From Octopus vulgaris (taxonomy: Eukaryota), in contig OX597828.1 in NCBI GenBank assembly GCA_951406725.2, forward strand, positions 53,010,001-53,074,000: a stretch of DNA of 64,000 nt, written 5' to 3'. The notes beneath the pieces were generated by a model. That model made no database searches. It worked only from the letters and a program-made list of their open reading frames with translations, and was not told the origin of the DNA. Positions 1-14,676 of this stretch are shown here, piece by piece. The stretch's first letter is position 1; each line of letters starts with the position of its first letter. The translations under genes and the position numbers were made by a program.

Positions 1-54
<54 letters not shown>

Positions 55-630
55 TCTGTATATATATATACCTATACATATATATATATATACATATATT
101 ATTATAGTTGTATATATATATATATATATATACACATCTACATATAGATATGTACAGCTCTCTCTATATTTACATATATATAAATTTACATATATATATA
201 TCATCATCATTTACAAATATATATATATACAAATATATATACATTTGTATATATATATATTTGTGCGTATTTGCCCTTAATACATATAAATACATTTAAA
301 GGGTATAATTAATAAAACTTTTCCCTTATGAGGTTTTTTACACTAACTACTTAATAAAAATTTATAAAGATTTTATCCTATTATTTAAATCGTATATTTG
401 TATACATACAAGCACACCAACACACACACACACACAAACACATATAAATATATATATACTTGTACATATATATATATGTATATATATAGATGTCAACATA
501 TATGAATACAAATATTTATGTATACATATGTATATATATTTATGTATATATATGGAAATATTTATATATATATTTGCGTATATATGTATATATATATATT
601 TGTGTATATATATATATATATAGATAGATA

Positions 631-661
<31 letters not shown>

Positions 662-718
662 TTGTATATATTTATTTGTACATATACATATATTTGTGTA
701 TATATATATATATATACA

Positions 719-766
<48 letters not shown>

Positions 767-832
767 TTGAATATATATATATTTTTATAAATATATATTT
801 GTATATATATGTATATATATTTCTATAGCTAT

Positions 833-904
<72 letters not shown>

Positions 905-1054
905 CATATATGTATAGCTGTATATATGTATATAAATATGCATGCATATATGGCGTTATATATCTCTTTATATACTTGTATATATATACATATATATATA
1001 TATTTAGTTACATAGATAGGTAGATGTATGTATGTTTGTATAAATATATAACTA

Positions 1055-1107
<53 letters not shown>

Positions 1108-2116
1108 GTTTATGTATGTATATATATATTGCAGTTATGAATATGTAAGTACATTTCTGGGTGTATAGATAGATAGATAGATGGTTCATGTTTCTGTAAT
1201 CTCGCCCATTCTGGAATGACAAGTTCACTTTCTCATGGAATACTACAACAGTCATTTGACTTCTGTCTATTTCATAGACAAGCACTTGTTTGACGCATCG
1301 CTAAGTTATTAGAATATCAATGTAAAACACATTCACACTTAGTGCTAAAATCGCATACTCAAACATACATACACCCTATGTACATAAGTATACGTTCGGC
1401 TACAGCTTAGGTGAAGTGGTCAAGGTAATATTTGTAACATACTTGTGAAATTTTGTTTTAATTAAATCAATCACGTGTTATTAATAAGTGTGTATATAAC
1501 AGAGAGAAAAAGAGAGAGAGAGAGAGAGAGTGAAAGAATTTATACATATATCTACGTATATACATATATAGATGCCTATATACTAATACATACATTCAAC
1601 CATATATACACACGTATGTATGTCTATATATGGCTCTGTAATTGTATAATATATATCAATATATTTATATATATCAATATAGCTGATCAACATCTGTGTG
1701 TGTCTGTGTATATATATTTACATGTATATATATATATACATATATATATGTGCATATATACATATATATGTACATATATATATATATATGTATATATCTG
1801 TATATATATATACTTATATATAAGTATATATATGTATAAATATTTTTTATATATGTATATATATATGTATATATATATATATGTATATATATATGTATGT
1901 ATATTTATATATGTATATATATATATATATATGTATATATATGTACATACGAATATATATATATGTATATATATACATAGGATTGTATATATATGAATAC
2001 ATATACATGCAAGCACACACACACACACACACACACACACAGATATATACATATATATACCAATACGTATATATAGATGAATGCATATATCTATATCCAT
2101 CTATATACTAACCTAC

Positions 2117-2157
<41 letters not shown>

Positions 2158-2343
2158 CATTTTCAAATATGGAGAAAGAGGCACGTATACACAATTTGAT
2201 ACATACATGCATACATACACACACACACACATATATATATATGTATTATGTCATATCTTATATTACTGTACGTCTATGAAAACCCCGTTTTTCTTCCCAA
2301 TAATGAAGTGTGCTTCCTTTCATTTTCATTTCTATTTTTATAG

Positions 2344-2373
2344 GGAGATGTTTAAGAATGGAGATTTTGGCAG
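2344..2373 (+). CDS. Candidate 30-nt upstream exon of Islet (symmetric phase 1-1; may carry the start codon)
   Basis: Long pyrimidine tract tgcttcctttcattttcatttctatttttaTAG, then GGAGATGTTTAAGAATGGAGATTTTGGCAG, then donor GTAAGA. Joined to 13785 it reads in frame (x)[18 protein letters not shown]. The ATG at 2358 has A at -3 and G at +4. No transcript evidence. Confidence 0.55.
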
Positions 2374-2565
2374 GTAAGAATCACAAAATTACATCATTAG
2401 GGGGCGGGATGTATATGAATGTATGAAAACACGGGCACACTACACGGGCACACTACGCTGACATGCAGCCACACATACTCATATAACAAATATATATATA
2501 TATTTAGACACACATACATACAAAAATATATTCATATATCTAGATATCAATATATATAGATACAC

Positions 2566-2629
<64 letters not shown>

Positions 2630-2987
2630 GTATTGATATATATGTCTGTATATATATATATATTAAAATTATATATATATATATATACATACATATATAT
2701 CAATACATATATATATATATATATACAAACATGTATATAAATATATGTACACATACATATATATACATATAGCTATGGATAGATATATATATATATATAG
2801 AGAGAGATATGTATGGGGCGGAGTGTGTGTGTGTTTGCATACATATATGTATATAATTATATTGATATACATGTATATGTATGTATGTATGTATATATAT
2901 ACATGCACGTACATATATATATGAGTATATGTATGTATCTATAAAACATTAGATATATATTTATCCGTACATATATATTCTTACGTC

Positions 2988-3019
<32 letters not shown>

Positions 3020-3248
3020 TATAATATATATATACACACATACACACACACACATATACAATTATATATGTATGTCTATATATTCTTTCTTTTGTTCTGT
3101 TACTTGATATTTTTAATAAGTATGTATTAGCATTTATATATATATTAGTAAAAACAAGGATTAATGTATAAAGAAAAATGTAATATGAGGTGAAATATGT
3201 GTGTATGCTCGCGCACGTTTGTATTTGGCTAGATATATATATATATAC

Positions 3249-3302
<54 letters not shown>

Positions 3303-3847
3303 CACACATTATGTTATACATATGTATGTATGTCTATACATATGTGCATACGCACATATACATTTCTATGCATTGATATATGGATGTATGAGGATATATG
3401 TTTGTTTGTATGTGTGTGCAAATATTATCATCGTATAATGTTTATATCTTGCATTTCTATATTTAGAGCAATAAATGCACGTATATACATATAGATATAT
3501 ATACATGCAGGCATGGATATGTATATATATATATATTTTATCATATACATATATACAGAAAGAGAAAGAAATACACATGTAATTATTTATGGAAACTGTT
3601 AGATACTAATATATTTACATATGTATATAAACATATCATATTTACATGTTTGTAAATATTCACACATCTATGCACACATACATATATATGTATATATATA
3701 CATATATATATATATGTATATGTATGTATGTATAATTATGAATTATAAGCAGCTAAATATTCTATATATATTCCTAGATATCAAATACTATATATGATAT
3801 TTGCATACATCTATATATAGAGAGAGACACACACAAGTACAGACACA

Positions 3848-3912
<65 letters not shown>

Positions 3913-4228
3913 ACATTCTTGTGAAAAAGAATGGGAGAATAGTGATATTCCATTTCTCGTTCCATTGTTTTATTGCCACAGAAACTCTTGTCATCATTGG
4001 CATACGGCAATAGCATCGATATATATATATATATACCCACTTTTACATACATGCATATCGAACAGTTAATAACATTGCAGGTAATTATATATTGTTAGAT
4101 GTATATTTAGATAACATGTGTATACATATATACATATAAAGACAGACATACATATATATACAGTTAGACATACAAAGGTATATATCATTCTTTTGTGTAT
4201 ATACGTGCCTTCATTTTCCTATACACCC

Positions 4229-4276
<48 letters not shown>

Positions 4277-4903
4277 TTCTAAGTAAATATATGTTTATAT
4301 ATGTATGTGTGTATACATACATACATATATATATATATACTGTATAGATATACATACATACCTATATATACATACATACATATATATATATATACTGTAT
4401 AGATATACATACATACCTATATATACATACATATATATATATATATACTGTATAGATATGCATATATTCATAACATATATATAATTATATTCATATATAA
4501 TAATTTTCATATATAATTTAATATATTATATATGTGTATTATGCATATATACACACCAATTCGCATATATGCCTATGAACAATCACCCACACCCTCATAA
4601 ACACTAGTCACCTATTCAACTTTGTTACGGTAGCCTCTTGGCGTCACCTCACATGCCTTATTTCTCTAACCTGTTAAAGATTATTACACAATAATATTGA
4701 TTGTTAATAGTATTATGCATCGATGAATCAAATTACCAGTCATATACTTGAGTCCTATTTATTATCGTTTCTCTCTCGCCTAAATTTCCTTTCCATATCT
4801 TGCAGGCGTTTATTTTTTATTAAAACTGAAATATTATCTGTGCCGAAACATGTCTTCGGGCATATGTATGTACATATCGCCGTTCTTGTGTGCCTGTATA
4901 TAA

Positions 4904-4944
<41 letters not shown>

Positions 4945-5034
4945 GAAATAATTTATTCTGAAACTCGTGGTAACACTAATAAAATTGCACGAACAGGATA
5001 AAATATCCATATATTGCAGAAAATTACGTTACCG

Positions 5035-5105
5035 GCAAGCCATGAGTCTCGAACTCACATCCCTGTGATTACATGTCATGTGATTTACCTTTAAGCTAAA
5101 CTGAA
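5035..5105 (-). mobile_element. tRNA-derived head (SINE or tRNA pseudogene) in a (TA)n-flanked insert
   Basis: The minus strand has TAGCTTAAAGG (A box) and gtgaGTTCGAGActcat (T-arm/B box). The acceptor and anticodon stems do not pair well, so it is not called a functional tRNA. Confidence 0.5.
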
Positions 5106-5139
5106 CAGTAAAGAATTTTTTTGCAATTTTTTCCTCTTC

Positions 5140-5706
5140 ATGTATGTATGTATATATATATATGTATGTATACATGAATGTATGCATATATGTATATATA
5201 TATATATGTATGTATGTATATATATATATATATTTATGTATGTATGTATGTATATATATATATATATTTATGTATGTATGTATGTATGTATGTATGTATA
5301 TATATATATATATATATTTATGTATGTATGTATGTATATATATATATATTTATGTATGTATGTATATATATATATATATATATATATTTATGTATGTATG
5401 TATATATATATATATATGTTTATGTATGTATGTATGTATATATATATATATATATATTTATGTATGTATGTATATATATATATATGTATGTATATCTGTA
5501 TGCATATTTATATGTATATATTTGTATGCATATATATATGTATATATATAAGTATATATCTATATCTATATATATATATATATGTGCATATATTTATGCA
5601 TATATATGTATATGTATATATATATATATGTGTGTATATATATATATGTATCTATATATGTGTATATATATGTATATATATATATATGTATATATATATG
5701 TGTATG

Positions 5707-5737
<31 letters not shown>

Positions 5738-5764
5738 GTGTATGTATATATATGTATATATATG

Positions 5765-5795
<31 letters not shown>

Positions 5796-5885
5796 ATGTA
5801 TATACGTGTATGTATATATATGTGTATGTATATGTATGTATATGTATGTATGTATATATATGTATATATACATATATACACACAC

Positions 5886-5919
<34 letters not shown>

Positions 5920-6010
5920 GTATATATATATATATAGATGTATGTGTATATATATATGTATGTATATGTTTATATGTATGTATATATATGTGTGTCTATA
6001 TGTATATATA
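5140..6010. repeat. Compound (TA)n/(TATG)n microsatellite array
   Basis: Directly visible; source of several spurious ORFs. Confidence 0.95.
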
Positions 6011-6741
6011 TTTCCCCTATGATCAACTCCTGTCACTTTTTTCGGGTAGGGCTGCTGGGGGTGGATGGGACTCGTATGAATCTTCTTTCTCTCCTCTGAA
6101 GATTTTTTAAGCAGCTGCTGCCAGAACGCTCGTCCTGCAAAGATAGTAGCTAAATCTTCCTCTGTTGACACTTTACTGTCTTGAAGTAATGACGACGATG
6201 ATGATGATGATAAGCAGTAGGATTAGGAGGCTGGCAGACGGATGTTTACCCCACCTTCAAGTCAATCCTGATTGTTCATTTATTTCATAAGTGAAGGCTT
6301 TCCACCTCGGCCCACCCCCCGCCAGTCCTTGTTTACCTAATGTACTCTTTTGTAAGACGATAGGAGAGTGATTTATCTACAACTCTCTGTACTTCGATCG
6401 ACAGTTTAGAGGTATCCTCTTTACTTCATTGAAAGAAGGTGTGACCCTTTAACATGAGTAGAAAAGTGGCATATTAAATGACAGGAAGCTCACGACTGGA
6501 ACGCCATAGGTCTGCATGAGGGAGGATGACATGGGGATATGTACAACTCTTCATCACATTACTCATATATACAGGAAAAATTCAGATACACGAATTCATA
6601 TTGTTAGTTGCTACGTACGTTTCACAATTCGGGTAGCTTCGAACCCTGAACTGGACGGGACAATTGCATGTGGATTTTTGAACAAGAAGGGTCATCAAAT
6701 TATATTTTATTGCATTAAGTTAGAAAGAACTAATGTGTGTT

Positions 6742-6787
<46 letters not shown>

Positions 6788-6810
6788 TGTGCATATATAT
6801 ATATGTATGT

Positions 6811-6850
<40 letters not shown>

Positions 6851-7026
6851 GTGCATAAATATATGTATATATATATATATATAAAAAAGGAAATGAAGAA
6901 AATGCTGACAAATAATTGAAGTAATTTAATTAGGTGAAAGTTCTTTTTACCGGTTGCGCATTTGTTATGCTTATCAAAATATAAAAGAGAGATTAGAGTT
7001 CCTTTCTTATAGAATTTTTCCTCTTA

Positions 7027-7079
<53 letters not shown>

Positions 7080-7184
7080 GTGCCTATCTATATATATATA
7101 TACATGTGCATAAATATATATATATATATATATATACATGTGCATAAATATATATATATATATATATATATACATGTGCATAAA

Positions 7185-7224
<40 letters not shown>

Positions 7225-7233
7225 TGTGCATAA

Positions 7234-7300
<67 letters not shown>

Positions 7301-7330
7301 TGTATAAATATATGGGCATGAATGAGAAAT

Positions 7331-7378
<48 letters not shown>

Positions 7379-7801
7379 AATGCAAATGTGATGTGTATGT
7401 GTGTGGTCGAACTAACTTTGTCTTCCGTCTTTCTAGAGTTGAAATGTACCAGACATGCACTGGGCGGCTTATCTCCCGCAGAATGGCAAATCATTTTGTC
7501 GACTGCTACACCCCGATTAAAATTTCCTTTCAATACTGAAGAACTTGTGTGTGTAAATTTTTTACTTGTGTTTTTATTTACCGAGGAAGCCTCATCAAGA
7601 TCGCTCGATCTCCAAGAATTGGCAGCTAAATCACCCTCATGTTGTAATCTGTCGTCTTAGGGAAAGGGGACTTCGTATAATGTAATTTCAGACACATTTA
7701 CAACCCCAAGTTTTCGAAGTAGTCACAAATGTTATGTCATTGATTAGGGATCAACTGGGTTGAAGAAACAAGCTATTATCTTGAATACTGTATTGAATGA
7801 A

Positions 7802-7843
<42 letters not shown>

Positions 7844-8507
7844 TTATTACAATTAAATTAATTCTTTTTTGTTGTCTTACTTAATTAAGCACTTTGGTAA
7901 CAGACACTTTTCACGTTTGTCTTTTATATGTAAAAGATGTAAACAAAATATAAATTATTAACAACAACAACAATGATAATAATGATAACAATCTGGTTTT
8001 AATTTGCCACAAGTGTGAATAAATAAAATAATAATAATAAGATGAAGAACTAGAAGTAAACCACAAAACTAAATTGAATTTCTTTCACTATTTTATTTTA
8101 TAATCAAATTAGATTCTTTTCTATTTTGTATTTTTGTATTCCATAGCCTCTTTTGAAATTATTTGTTTTTTGTATTATTTCATTTTATTTTAAAAAACAC
8201 CCTCCGCTACCACCATCGAGAAAAATCGGGAAGTTCATTTTAGTTTCTTAAGGGGGTTCAAAATTCTTTCTATTTGCTTAGAAAATTTCTTCGACTGCTA
8301 AATATTCCAGGACATTATTCTAGTTATTTAATTAGTTATTGTTTTTAAATATATTAATTTGAAAATATACCCCCTCCCACCGCCACTAATTGTCATTAAG
8401 ATAATATCAAATATGATGTTAATTATTGTAGTGATTTGTGATATTGTTAATAGTTATAATGATGTTGATTGTTAATTCTGGAAGAAAGCTTTGTATTTAT
8501 ATAAGAA

Positions 8508-8858
8508 TGGCTGTGTGGTAAGTAGCTTGCTTACCAGCCACAGGATTCCGGGTTCAGTCCCACTGTGACTATAGCCTCAGGCTGACCAAAGCCCTGTCAG
8601 TGGATTTTGTACACGAAAACTGAAAAAGCCCGTCTTGTGTGTGTGTGTATGTGTTTGTGTGTGTTCCCACACCATCGCATGACAACCGATGTTGGTGTAT
8701 TTACCTCCCCGAAACGTAGCGGTTCAGCAAAAGAGACCGATATAGAATAAGTACTAGGCTTACAAAGAATAAGTCCTGGGGTCGATTTGTTCGATTGAAG
8801 ATGTTACTCCAGCATGGCCGCAGTCAAATGACTGAAACATATAAAAGAATAAAAGAAT
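8508..8858 (+). mobile_element. SINE family A copy
   Basis: Same head (tggctgtgtggtaagtagc...gggttcagtccc) and tail (gcatggccgcagtcaaatgactgaaac...aaaagaat) as 38671-39060. Confidence 0.85.
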
Positions 8859-9764
8859 GATATAATTTACTCCATCATTACATAACTTGTATTTATTCCA
8901 TATGCTCTAAATCCCCCCATCCCTCAGGAATATTCGCTGAGTCGTTATGATAGTAACCGTCTTCGTCTTATAGCAATAATTCCGTTCACGTCGATGATGA
9001 ATATTTGATAGACCCCAGTATACAACTGGTACTTCGTTCTGTCGTCTCTGGAAGGACAAATGGGACTCGGAAATGAAATGTTGTCACTAAACACCGCAAC
9101 ACCGTAAGACATTTTGTTTATCACTCCACCGACTCTACCACTTTACGCCATAATTTTTGACTTCAGTAACAGGGTCACAGATTTTAGTGTAAGGAATGCT
9201 TAACTATTTCAATCCTGGTACGTAACGGGTGTTTAAAATCTTCATCCTTGCACCTTGAAATCATGAAAGATTAGATCCACCAGAACCAACACAATGCGAA
9301 CTGGAGAACGCACTTAGGAAGTTAAAATGTTCACCTGCCGTTCACCGGTTCCTACTACACCAGTGCCATCAATGCAATTGATAATAATAATAATAATAAT
9401 AATAATAGTAATAAATAATGGTGGCGGTGATAGGGAATAGATATAAACATTACACAGGGAACCGATTAAAAGAGAAAGTAAACAAAATTGAAAAAGAATG
9501 AAAAACTGGAACCGTACGTGTTTTTGGTAGCCAGAAAATAACTAGAAAACCGAGAAAGTCCTTGTATTTGAAATGAAATGATTCCAAAATAGTTGCCAGG
9601 GAAACTATACTTGACAGCAATATTAACTTATTCTATTAGAATAGAAAAATAAAGTAAATTGTGTTACTGTGGTATCTATGCGGTTAAGAAGATTGTGAGA
9701 ATGAAGATAGTACTACAAACACGTAGATAGACAGAGAGACAGAAAGAAATAGATAGACAAACAT

Positions 9765-10272
9765 ATGTATATGCATATGAATATACTTACATATACATAT
9801 ATAAGTGTATGTCTATCAATATATATATATATATGTGTGCGTGTGTGTGTGTGTGTGTGTATGTATATATATATGTATATATGTATATATATATATGTAT
9901 ATATGTATATATATATATATGTATATGTATATATGTGTGTATATGTATATGTATATATGTATGTACATATATATGTATATATGTGTGTATATATATATGT
10001 ATATATATATGTATATATATGTGTGTATATATATATGTATATATATATGTATATATATGTGTGTATATATATATGTATATATATATGTATATATATGTGT
10101 ATATTTATATATATGTATATATATATGTGCATATATGTGTATATATATGTATATGTATATATATATATATGTGCATATATATGTATATATATGCAAAACA
10201 TGTATATACATGTTCATATATATTATGGATGTCGTATATATCTATATATATCTATATGTATTTATGTATTTG

Positions 10273-10315
<43 letters not shown>

Positions 10316-10965
10316 ATGTATATATGTATGTGTGTGTGTGTGTATGTATATATGTATGTGTGTGTGTGTGTATGTATATATGTATGTGTGTGTGTGTGTA
10401 TGTATATATGTATGTGTGTGTGTGTGTATGTATATATATGTGTGTGTGTGTATGTATATATGTATGTGTGTGTGTGTATGTATATATGTATGTGTGTGTG
10501 TGTGTATGTATATATGTATGTGTGTGTGTGTATGTATATATGTATGTGTGTGTGTGTGTGTGTGTATGTATATATGTATGTGTGTGTGTGTGTGTGTATG
10601 TACGTAAATATGTGTGTGTGTGTGTATGTATATATGTGTATGTGTGTGTGTGTGTATGTATATATGTATGTGTGTGTGTGTGTGTATGTATATATGTATG
10701 TGTGTGTGTGTATGTATATATGTATGTGTGTGTGTGTATGTATGTGTGTGTGTGTGTATGTATATATGTATGTGTGTGTGTGTATGTATATATATGTATG
10801 TGTGTGTGTGTGTGTATATATATGTATGTGTGTGTGTGTGTATGTATATATGTATGTGTGTGTGTGTGTATGTATATATGTATGTGTGTGTGTGTGTATG
10901 TATATATGTATGTGTGTGTGTGTATGTATGTATATATGTATGTATGTATATATGCATGTATGTAC
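9765..10965. repeat. Compound microsatellite with a higher-order ~26-30 nt unit (GT)n-ATGTATATATGTAT
   Basis: A repeating block gtgtgtgtgtgtatgtatatatgtat runs from ~10300 to ~10930. Confidence 0.95.
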
Positions 10966-12010
10966 GTAAATATTCACGTGTGGGTGTGTGTATACATGTG
11001 CATATTTATATTCTTGTGTGTCTTTTTGTGTTATAAACTGACGGGTTGATTTTTCAGCTCAGCTTCCATGCTTTCTTCTGTTTTTTTTTCAAATATCCTT
11101 AAATTCAGAGTTGAAGAAGATATTGTATCGACACGCACGCGCGCGTGCGCATACACACAATCCCAAACACAAGTTATGATAAAATCCGTGTATCTGTGCG
11201 CTCACGTCATACACCTTTCTGCCTCGTAACTGAGTGTATGTATGTGTTTAATTTCCTTGTTTGTATATATATGTATGAAAGTGTCTGAGAGAAAGAGAAA
11301 GACTATGAGAGAAATATGAGAAAAATAGCTAATTACACTGGAACAGCACACCCATACACTCATAAGCATGTATGTCTGTCTGAGTATATCTATGTATGTG
11401 TCTGTATGTATGTATGTATAATGCATACATATACATGAATGGAATGCCTCTACTATATTATATTCCGTTTGTGACCATCCTGTCCTTTTGTGACCATCTA
11501 TGTGTAAATGCGTTATGTAAAATTTTAAAAAATTGATGTGACATATGTTTGTTAGCAAATCAAACTACGATGTGTATCAGCAGTTCTTATGGGTGGCGCT
11601 GTAATCAGTGAACAGGTTGCCAAGACAAAAGACAAAAATGTTTTAAATGTTACAATATTTAGTAAAATATGACATGTCCATGAAAATGTTTAGCAATAAG
11701 CGAGTTAAAGATATGAGGCCAATAATGTCATGTTTTTACTGTAAACTAAAAATACGGAAAGTTTCCTACATAAAATATGTTGTTTCAAATTAGTACCACT
11801 AAGTAGTTCTGATGTTTCGGACGCGAGACCTTCATCAAAATTGCTGAATTCACAATTTCCAAACACTTGCCCACACGCGCCCGTTCATATGCCAATAACT
11901 TGGATGGCGTGAGACTTTGATACTCTCTTTCTGTCTCTCACGTTTATATATGTATATGTATATGTGTATGTATGTATGTATGTATGTATGTATGTATGTA
12001 TGTATGTATA

Positions 12011-12077
<67 letters not shown>

Positions 12078-12239
12078 GTATGTATATATATACATGTGTG
12101 TGTTTGTGTGTGTATCACTGGCTTATATGCGTGGTTTGAAAAGGCGCTGGGTTGAGAGAACTGATAGAGTATCAGACAAAATGACTTGTAGCATTTGTTC
12201 TGATTCTTTACGCTCTGAATTCAATTCCTGCGAGGACAA

Positions 12240-12650
12240 TTGTGCCAAGCTGTGTCGTCCCTTGCTTGTATTTTAAGCAACATCAATGTTGTGGATGAAG
12301 AGGACTGACCAGCTGCACCTTAAGTCTGCATCTTAATGATGAAGTATCTAAGTGCAGACACGGGTTCAGTTCAGACTGAGGTAGGTGATACATTGTCGAA
12401 AGTGTTCTTTTTTGTATGACTGTTGAGTATGATTTGAAGAAAATTTAACTGCTATCTCCAGTATATCAGTTTACCGTGTAGCATCTCTTCCATTGGACCA
12501 GCTTCTGTATCTATCTTCCCATCGTTCTTCAAAAACAGAGTTTGATCTTCGATGTCTGGGGATGATTTATGTCGTACCTTATAATTAAGATCTAAAACTG
12601 ATTCTATTTTATTTTGAAAGAATTTCTTTGTTGCTATTTCTATCATGGAG
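12240..12650 (-). mobile_element. Possible degraded non-LTR retrotransposon (RLE-type) fragment
   Basis: ORF 12452-12646 ends ...MEEMLHGKL, reminiscent of the W..K.LHG motif that precedes the CCHC knuckle of R4/Dong elements. Heavily decayed. Confidence 0.3.
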
Positions 12651-13420
12651 TATTTGTCAAGTGTACTGGCTGAATCAGTAGAGCACCGGACAGACTAACT
12701 TGGACCTTTTATTTAGTTATGCGTTTTACATTATGAGCAGTTTCAAATCCTGTTGAAGACAAATTTACGTTTATTTCTTCTAAGTGTCAATGAAATAAGA
12801 CTTGTCAATTGATGAAAGCCATTGTCGTCAAGTTATCTGCCACCCCTGGAAATATATGGAGCAGTACATTAATGTGTGCGTGAGAGAGAGAGAGAGAGAT
12901 TTCGCTTTAGTGGGTAACAAGAGCCGGAAACGAGAACGACAATTTTCTACAACATTCGTATAACTGATGGCTCAAAATATCACTTCTTCTTAATTAAGGA
13001 AGAACTTAATATCCGAACTGATAACTTCTGACATAAGAGGGTTTGAATGTTCACTTTCAGTTCCTAAAATGGTGCTTCTAGTTTCAGCCTTTAGGCATTA
13101 TGAGTTCTTTATTTCGAATCGATTTAGGGATGAGCATCGTTCCTGCATTTATGGACGTGTGCAATATTAACTTTCAGAGTGTGTGTTGTAGTTGTATTTT
13201 GATTGAGTCATAATTTCTCAAAGTTTAACCATATGCACTAATGATGTGTCTTTATTTATCTTTAACTGTTATTCAATGATTGAATTGTTTTCATGAACGT
13301 TGATATATGTTGCCATACTCTGGTAACCTGTCCACTAATTTTTGACTAACGTGTAATTATATATATATGTATATATATGTATGTGTGTATGTGTGTGTGT
13401 GTACATACATACATACCGAC

Positions 13421-13451
<31 letters not shown>

Positions 13452-13784
13452 GAGGGAGAGAGAGAGACACATACGCATGTATATACATATATATATCTAC
13501 AAATACGAACACATATATTCACAGTAACAAACATACATTCACACTTTTAACTCGTTCCATATTTTGTTATTTCGGTTTTTTTTTTCTCTCAACCGAATTA
13601 ATAAATGCAAATATATTTATATATTTTCAATATTCAATTAAAAAAATTAGCTATCGTTTTGCATTATTACCTGTTGATTTATTTACCTCCTAATTAATAT
13701 AAGCAAGAGATGTTTGTTTTTAAATATATTTCTGGCTCAATTTATTTGCATACTCTTATTGTTGTTTTCTTTTATTCCTACCAG

Positions 13785-13974
13785 AAAAACGGCGTGTATC
13801 CATGTGTGTGGGGTGTGGTTCACAGATACATGATCAGTACATACTTCGGGTCGCTCCTGACTTAGAGTGGCATGCCGCATGTCTAAAATGTGCGGACTGC
13901 GAACAGTATTTGGATGAGACTTGTACATGTTTTGTGAGGGATGGGAAAACTTATTGCAAAAGAGACTATGTGAG
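13785..13974 (+). CDS. Isl1: Internal coding exon of an Islet-class LIM-homeodomain transcription factor (ISL1/ISL2/tailup orthologue), first LIM domain
   Basis: Acceptor ttgttttcttttattcctaccAG, donor GTAAGA. The translation (x)[62 protein letters not shown](R) is nearly identical to Islet LIM1 as I recall it from vertebrate ISL1 and Drosophila tailup. The 190-nt length and phase 1/phase 2 ends match my recollection of ISL1 exon 2. The exon is absent from the ORF track. Confidence 0.97.
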
Positions 13975-14015
13975 GTAAGATAACTCCACTTTTTACTCTG
14001 TATACTATGGTGTTG

Positions 14016-14058
<43 letters not shown>

Positions 14059-14198
14059 AATGTGAGGATAAAATTCTTTTCGAAAAAAAAATATATTTTC
14101 TCGAAAAAAGTTTCATCAATGGCCAGCATATTAAAAAATACCTTTAACGGTTAAATTCATAAATGAGGGCAAAGGAAAAAAATTCTAATGCCCATATT

Positions 14199-14255
<57 letters not shown>

Positions 14256-14522
14256 AGGTTAAGCGTTACTAAGTGTTTTACTGTGTATAGTAACCGCTGT
14301 TGTGTTTATTTCTGTATATGTGTTTTTGGAAGTATATGTAAGCATGTACGTTTCTATAAATGAGTTACGTATATGCCTATATCAGCATGTATATACATTA
14401 TTTATATTATCTGTGTATACATATACACAATTATATGTTTATATAATCGTAACACACACACACAAACTCACACGCACAAACATACACACATGCGAGTATA
14501 TACATGTGTGTATGGGTGTGTG

Positions 14523-14576
<54 letters not shown>

Positions 14577-14676
14577 AATGTATATATGTATATATAATAT
14601 GATAACAAAAGAATGAATGAAAGCTCGATATTATGTAAGATAAAGGAATTTATAAATATACGTGACAATTAGTTGG

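Noticed and set aside
5035-5105. Possible tRNA-Thr(TGT) gene on the minus strand
   Set aside because: The acceptor and anticodon stems are poorly paired; treated as a tRNA-derived repeat.
108-11049. Many long ORFs rich in Y/I/M/C/V/H/T (e.g. 9805-11049, 5178-6110)
   Set aside because: They are translations of alternating purine-pyrimidine microsatellites, which cannot contain stop codons; there is no protein-like content.
11801-11845. Hammerhead-like TGATGA..GG..CCGAAAC on the minus strand
   Set aside because: Stem III is essentially absent and the stem I register is incompatible with the core; at best a decayed relic.
13737-14129. 130-aa minus-strand ORF overlapping the Islet exon
   Set aside because: It is the antisense shadow of the real + strand LIM exon plus (TA)n.
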